The notes under the pieces are model-generated. The model had not been told where the DNA came from. It saw only the letters and a list, made by a program, of their open reading frames with translations, and did no database searches. A stretch of DNA of 64,000 nucleotides from Rebecca billardiae RCC1528 (taxonomy: Eukaryota > Protista > Haptophyta). Each line of letters starts with the position of its first letter. Position 1 is the stretch's first letter. Both the position numbers and the translations under genes were made by a program. The stretch covers positions 1-64,000 of the forward strand of contig OZ251255.1 of NCBI GenBank assembly GCA_965240325.2. Direction: 5' to 3'. Positions 59,195 to 64,000 of this stretch are shown piece by piece.

Positions 59195-59596
59195 GCACGG
59201 GCTGAGCCTGCGAGCGGTCCGAGGGCTGGTGCGGTGGAGGCGAGGCGCGTGCCGGTCCGAGGCGTTCAGCGGCCGCCCGCCTGGCGCCTTGTGACCGAGC
59301 CGGCGTCCGCGGAGGCCGAGCCGTGCCGCCAGGCTCATCTGCGGCTGCCGGCGGCGCGCGGTCCGCGTCAGACTCACTTGGGTACTGTCATTGAGCACTG
59401 CTACGATGCAGACGACCGTATATGCCATGAACCGGTTCAAGCTCGGGCTGTCACCTTAGCACAACTGCTAGCTCACACCGTCGCCGTCATCTGCACGACG
59501 ATGATCCGACTACTGTCATATCAGTGTCAAATGACGAAATAATACAGCATCTTGCTTACTTGGTAGGTGTACGTACGGGTACAACACTCGCGAGCG

Positions 59597-60109
59597 ATGG
59601 CGGCGACCAACGGCAGCGACGCGCACGCGCCGCCGGGCCCTGCGGCGGGCAAGGGCGGCGCGGCGGCCGGGCAGCCGGCGGCGGGGCCGGAGCGCGCGCT
59701 CGAGCCGCAGCCGCACCCGCCCGCGCTGACGCCCGACCAGATCGGCGCGTACCTCGCCGAGAACGCCGCCATGCTGGAGGCGGTGCAGGCGCACATTGCG
59801 CGCGCAGACCACCGCGCGACCATCGTGCACGCGCTGCGGCTGCAGCAGAACCTGCTCTTCCTCGGCGCGGACGCGGACGCGCACGCAGAGATCCGGCCAT
59901 ACGGCCCGAGCGCGCCGGCGACGGAGCCGTTTGACGTGCGCGAGGCCCACGCAAACTGCGCGCCGGCCGCCGGCGCCGACGGAGCGGAAGCGGCGCCGCC
60001 GCCCGGCGCAGCGGCGCGCGCGGCGCCACCCGCCGCGGCCGGCGGTGAGCACGCGGATGCGCCACGATCTGCTCGGCGGGGCGGGGCGGAACGACCGGCT
60101 GCGGGTTGA
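59597..60109 (+). CDS. SSXT/SNH-domain protein (SS18/GIF-like coactivator)
   Basis: LTPDQIGAYLAENAAMLEAV...RLQQNLLFLGADAD matches the SS18 N-terminal pattern; 3' end uncertain. Confidence 0.75.
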   Translation: MAATNGSDAHAPPGPAAGKGGAAAGQPAAGPERALEPQPHPPALTPDQIGAYLAENAAMLEAVQAHIARADHRATIVHALRLQQNLLFLGADADAHAEIRPYGPSAPATEPFDVREAHANCAPAAGADGAEAAPPPGAAARAAPPAAAGGEHADAPRSARRGGAERPAAG

Positions 60110-60802
60110 CGCTGCCGGACGCACGGGCGTGCGCCACCTGCCCGTGGCACCGCAACGAGCGCAGACCATCACGCGCTCATGCTCCGCTGAGGCGGACGCC
60201 CCGGCGCGGCGCGGCCAACCGCCGCTGCCCCTCCGCGGCCAGCCAACCGACCCGCGAGCTCGGAAACCGCCAAGCCGCCCGTGCCATAACCGGCGGATGG
60301 AGCCGCGGCTGGCGCGCGTGCCCGCGCGCTCGCAGCCACGCCCACGCGCGTGGCGGCACGCTCGCGCGCGTGCTCGTCACTGGGCCGCGCGCTGTCGGCA
60401 TGGCGCTCGGCGCGGCGCCACCGGCCTCTGCAGTGCGCCCCGATGCCGAGACGTCGACGACGACGTCCATGCATGCGCGGGCGGCGACGATGAATGACGG
60501 TGGCCGGACGAGGGCGAGGGGGCCGCGAGGGCGACGAGCCGGTGGGCGCGAGGACGGGCGGCAGCCGGCACGGCGACTGACTGACTCAGTGACTGAGTGG
60601 GACCATGATGATGCGCCTCATCATCGTTCTTCGTTCGTACGTGGCCGTGGCCGGCAGGCAGCGCCATGGCTGTGCTGACATCGTCGCGTGTGCCCGCTCT
60701 TGCGATCAGCTAGACTCTCAGTGGCGCGGCAATGCACGTACACGATCGACATGCAGTGATCGTGACGGTGTGATGACGACTGCTCATCTTGAGCGCGCAG
60801 CG

Positions 60803-62302
60803 ATGGCGGCCGACGAGCAGACGGCCACCACGCAACCGACCCCCGCGCTCGGCGACTTGCCGCTAGAGGTGTTCGACCGCATCGCATCGCTCCTGCCGCC
60901 GCGCGACCTCGCAAGCCTGAACGCCACCGCGCGCATCTTCCACGCCGCGCCGCCCGGCGGGTGCTCGCCGGTCGAGAGCGCGCTGCGCGAGCGCGCGCGC
61001 GCGCGCGGGCACGATCGCGCGCTGCCGGCGTCGCTTCCCTCGGGCGTGCGCACGTGGGCCGCGGAGCTGCTCGTGCGCGAGCGCGTGCTCGAGCTCGCGA
61101 GCTCACATGCCTCCCCGATCTCGGCCGGCAACAACTTCAGCGCGTTTGTGGACGCGGAGGGCGGGCTGCACACGTGCGGTGAGGCCGAGGTGTGGGACGA
61201 TGACGACGGGCCGACGGACGAGTTTCGACCGCACGTGGCTACCGGCCACTCGGACGAGTGGGCGGTGCTCGTGCCGACGCGCGTCGCCTCCCTCGGCGTG
61301 GTGCGAGTGGTCGCCGTGGCCGCTGGCTACGACCACCTGCTCGCGCTGAGCGACGCCGGCGCCGTGTACGGCTGCGGCAAGAACAGCGCCGGCCAGCTCG
61401 GGCTGGGGGACACGAAGGAGCGGTGGTCGTTCCGCCTGGTCGCGGCGCTGGCCGATGCCGTGCTGGCGGGAATCGCCGCTGGGCGCAACCACAGCTTCGC
61501 GCTCACAGCAGCCGGGGGTGCGTACAGCTGGGGCTCCAACCGGGACGGCCAGCTCGGCCACGGCGACTGGAAGGCGCGGTGGGAGCCGACGCGCATCGAG
61601 GCGCTGGACGGCGTGCGCGTGGGCGGCGTGGGGGCGGGCGGTATGCACACGCTCTTCCTGTCGGCACACGGCGCCGTCTACTCGTGTGGCTGTGGCTATT
61701 CTGGCCAGCTGGGCCACGGCGGCTGCCAGGAGCAGCACACGCCGAGGAGCGTCGCGGTGCCGAGGCGCATCGAGGCGCTGGCGGGCGTGCGCGCCGTGCA
61801 CGTGAGCGCGGGCTATGATCACAGCCTGGTGGTCGACCAAGAGGGTGGCTTGCACTTGTTCGGGCGTGGACGCTCAAACGGGCACGATCGGCACACGCCG
61901 AGGCGCCTCGAGGCGCTGGCGGGCGTGCGCGCCGTGAGAGCGTGCGCTTGCTCAGGCGACAGCTCGGTGCTGGGCGCGGACGGCAGCGTGCACACGTTTG
62001 CGCGGCACGAAGTGGACGGCCTGCTCGGGCTGCGGCCTGATGGAGGCGCTGCCGCTGAGGCGCGCACGCGCGTGTTCGACACCAGCCACATCCGCATGGT
62101 GCGCTGTGCCATGGGCGACTCCCACACGCTGTATGTGCGTGCGGACGGCAGCGTGTACTCGTGCGGCGTGCGCTCGGCTGCGCTCGGCCTGGGCATGGCG
62201 GCCGGGGACGATGTCCAGGCCATGGCCATGCTGGAGATTTCTGCGCAGCGGGTGGTCGACCTCACGCGCGTCGAGACGGCGTGGCGCGCGCGGGCCTGCT
62301 GA
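60803..62302 (+). CDS. F-box + RCC1-repeat protein, diverged dispersed paralogue D, intronless
   Basis: LGDLPLEVFDRIASLL; shares ALRERARARGH and WEPTRIEALDGVRVGGV with paralogue B. Confidence 0.9.
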   Translation: MAADEQTATTQPTPALGDLPLEVFDRIASLLPPRDLASLNATARIFHAAPPGGCSPVESALRERARARGHDRALPASLPSGVRTWAAELLVRERVLELASSHASPISAGNNFSAFVDAEGGLHTCGEAEVWDDDDGPTDEFRPHVATGHSDEWAVLVPTRVASLGVVRVVAVAAGYDHLLALSDAGAVYGCGKNSAGQLGLGDTKERWSFRLVAALADAVLAGIAAGRNHSFALTAAGGAYSWGSNRDGQLGHGDWKARWEPTRIEALDGVRVGGVGAGGMHTLFLSAHGAVYSCGCGYSGQLGHGGCQEQHTPRSVAVPRRIEALAGVRAVHVSAGYDHSLVVDQEGGLHLFGRGRSNGHDRHTPRRLEALAGVRAVRACACSGDSSVLGADGSVHTFARHEVDGLLGLRPDGGAAAEARTRVFDTSHIRMVRCAMGDSHTLYVRADGSVYSCGVRSAALGLGMAAGDDVQAMAMLEISAQRVVDLTRVETAWRARAC

Positions 62303-62583
62303 TGACTCGGGTGGAATCTTAGTAGGTAGTAGACGTAGTCAACGCGCGCAGTAGTCTGCTTCAAAGGTCCGCGCGCATCATACTGTAACGTCATCAGTAG
62401 CTCTCTTCCATCACGAATGATGACGACGACTGTCATCAGGATCCCGACAAATTCGTCGGAATTAATCCCGATCCCACGATTTTCATAGGGCGGCGGGCGC
62501 GCCGCCGCGGCGGCGGCGGCTCAAGGCGAACCGCGTCCCGGCAAGCCCGTCCCCCGTCCCCGCCCTTCCTCGTAGTCATCAGC

Positions 62584-64000
62584 ATGATGCTGATGACGCC
62601 GCCCGCGCGGCGCCCGCGCCTCGCGCGCGCCGTCGCGCTCGCGACGGCGTGCGTCGCCACGCTCGTGCTCGTGCGCGTGCTCGGCGGCGCCCGCCTCGCC
62701 GAGCTCGCGCCGGGCGCGCGACCGCTCGCGCGCGGCGCGCGGCTCGACGCCGAGCCGACGGCTGACGGCGCCGCCGCCGCGGCTCCGGCGCGCAACTACT
62801 CGTGCTACCTGGCGGACCGCTCGCAGTGGGGGTTCTACGTGTACCCGGAGACGACGTGCGCGCAGATCCACGCCATGTCGATCGGCTCGATCGGCGGCGC
62901 GGGCGCGCCGATCGAGAACGACGGCTTCTGCTGCTCATGGCCGAGCTGCTCGGACGCGCCGCTGCCGGAGCGCTGCTACACGTGCTCGGGGTACGGCTGC
63001 CCCGCGGGGCCGACGCCGTGGTGGACGCCGGTCGGGCCCGTCCCGCCGTCCCCGCTCGAGCGCCCCGTCGTCGCCACGTACCTCGGCGTCAACCCTGGCC
63101 CGAACGCCTCGCCCGTGCCCTCGCCCTTCCGCGCGCTGCCGCCGTCGGTCAACCTCGCGATGGTGGGGTACGCGGCGGACGCGAGCGGCACGGGCGAGTT
63201 CGCGCCGGACGCGGCGTGGGCCGGGCTGGAGATCACGCCCGAGGCCATCGCGGCGAGCCGCGCCGAGTACGTCGCGGCGCGCCCCGGCGGCGTGCGCTCC
63301 TTCCTCGTGTGCCTCGGCGGCGCGGTCGGCTGGGGCGTGCCGCAGGAGCAGTACGTGGCCAACGCCCTGCGCAGCGCGGGCGCGATCGTGGACGCGCTCG
63401 GCGCGCAGGGCGTGGAGATCCACTTCACCGAGGGGCTGATGGGCGAATCCTTCGGCGCGCGGATGGACGCGCTCGCCTCCGCGTTCAAGGACGCGGGCTA
63501 CGCCGTCGCCGTCGCCTCGGCCTCGCAGGTGACCGCGCCGCGCTTCATCACGATGGCCAACGTCTCGGCGCTCGACGCGATCGTGAACGACATCGCGGCG
63601 AGCGGGCGCGACGACAGCTACTCGATGACCTGGCTCAACCTGCAGAGCGCGCTCGTCTCCGGGCCGGGCGCCTTCGACCCCGCCACCGCGATCGAGTCGG
63701 TCTCCAAGACGGTGGTCGCCCTCTCCTCCACCGGCCGCGTGCCGCCGCCCCCCCTCGGGCTGCACGTGCTCAGCCAGCTGCTGGGCGAGCGGCTGATGGG
63801 CGTGGCGACGACCAGCGCGCAGGGCTCGTACTGGATGGACCCGCCCTTCTGCATCGAGGACGTCGGCGCGCAGATCTTCGGCTCGGAGGGCCAGGCGCCC
63901 GTGCCGCAGGACCGGATCGAGTGCGCCTGGCGACCCGCGCCCGGCGGCGGCGACGACGACGATGACGACGACGACGAGGTCGGTGATGACGACGACGGCG
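62584..64000 (+). CDS. Signal-anchored protein with a Cys-rich segment and degenerate GH18 (narbonin/class III chitinase-like) barrel; runs off the window and is absent from the ORF track
   Basis: Own translation from ATG 62584 is open to the window end: VALATACVATLVLVRVLG, ..ITPEAI.., FLVCLGGA, YVANALRSAGAIVDALGAQGVEIHFTE, acidic tail. Confidence 0.7.
   Translation, partial: MMLMTPPARRPRLARAVALATACVATLVLVRVLGGARLAELAPGARPLARGARLDAEPTADGAAAAAPARNYSCYLADRSQWGFYVYPETTCAQIHAMSIGSIGGAGAPIENDGFCCSWPSCSDAPLPERCYTCSGYGCPAGPTPWWTPVGPVPPSPLERPVVATYLGVNPGPNASPVPSPFRALPPSVNLAMVGYAADASGTGEFAPDAAWAGLEITPEAIAASRAEYVAARPGGVRSFLVCLGGAVGWGVPQEQYVANALRSAGAIVDALGAQGVEIHFTEGLMGESFGARMDALASAFKDAGYAVAVASASQVTAPRFITMANVSALDAIVNDIAASGRDDSYSMTWLNLQSALVSGPGAFDPATAIESVSKTVVALSSTGRVPPPPLGLHVLSQLLGERLMGVATTSAQGSYWMDPPFCIEDVGAQIFGSEGQAPVPQDRIECAWRPAPGGGDDDDDDDDEVGDDDDG

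Noticed and set aside
62802-63965. 387-aa + strand ORF in the track
   Set aside because: Wrong frame; the coding-biased frame starts at 62584 and stays open to the window end
1-64000. tRNA, rRNA or snRNA genes
   Set aside because: None recognised by eye; a covariance-model scan would be needed to exclude them

Overview
Left end of a very GC-rich eukaryotic (algal-type) chromosome. Telomere repeat, GC content and intron style resemble a haptophyte such as Pavlovales; this is inference. It opens with about 2.45 kb of (CCCTAA)n telomere, then an 18-bp telomere-derived satellite in the opposite orientation with a 774-bp higher-order repeat, then a repeat-rich, apparently non-coding subtelomere (about 5-12.8 kb). 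A compact gene-rich region follows, with short GTGCG...CAG introns that I assembled by hand: tektin-like, HMG-box/AT-hook, sugar-phosphate/nucleotide-sugar transporter, glutamate-cysteine ligase, OSCA/TMC-like channel, Tudor-chromodomain protein, SLC4/BOR transporter, subtilase, ALYREF, RS-rich protein, DNAL4, SSXT-domain protein, four F-box-RCC1 paralogues and a degenerate GH18 protein running off the window. Two things stand out. (1) An intronless, head-to-head pair of a bacterial-type ArsJ-associated GAPDH and an arsJ MFS exporter, the bacterial arsenate-detoxification module, in a eukaryotic chromosome. arsJ is frameshifted and truncated next to a TIR-bounded 1.7-kb element. (2) A single-pass receptor joining a Venus-flytrap ligand-binding ectodomain to a cytoplasmic HET/TIR-like domain. 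All family calls are from motif recognition by eye; no searches were run. Most long ORFs in the track are GC-driven shadow frames.
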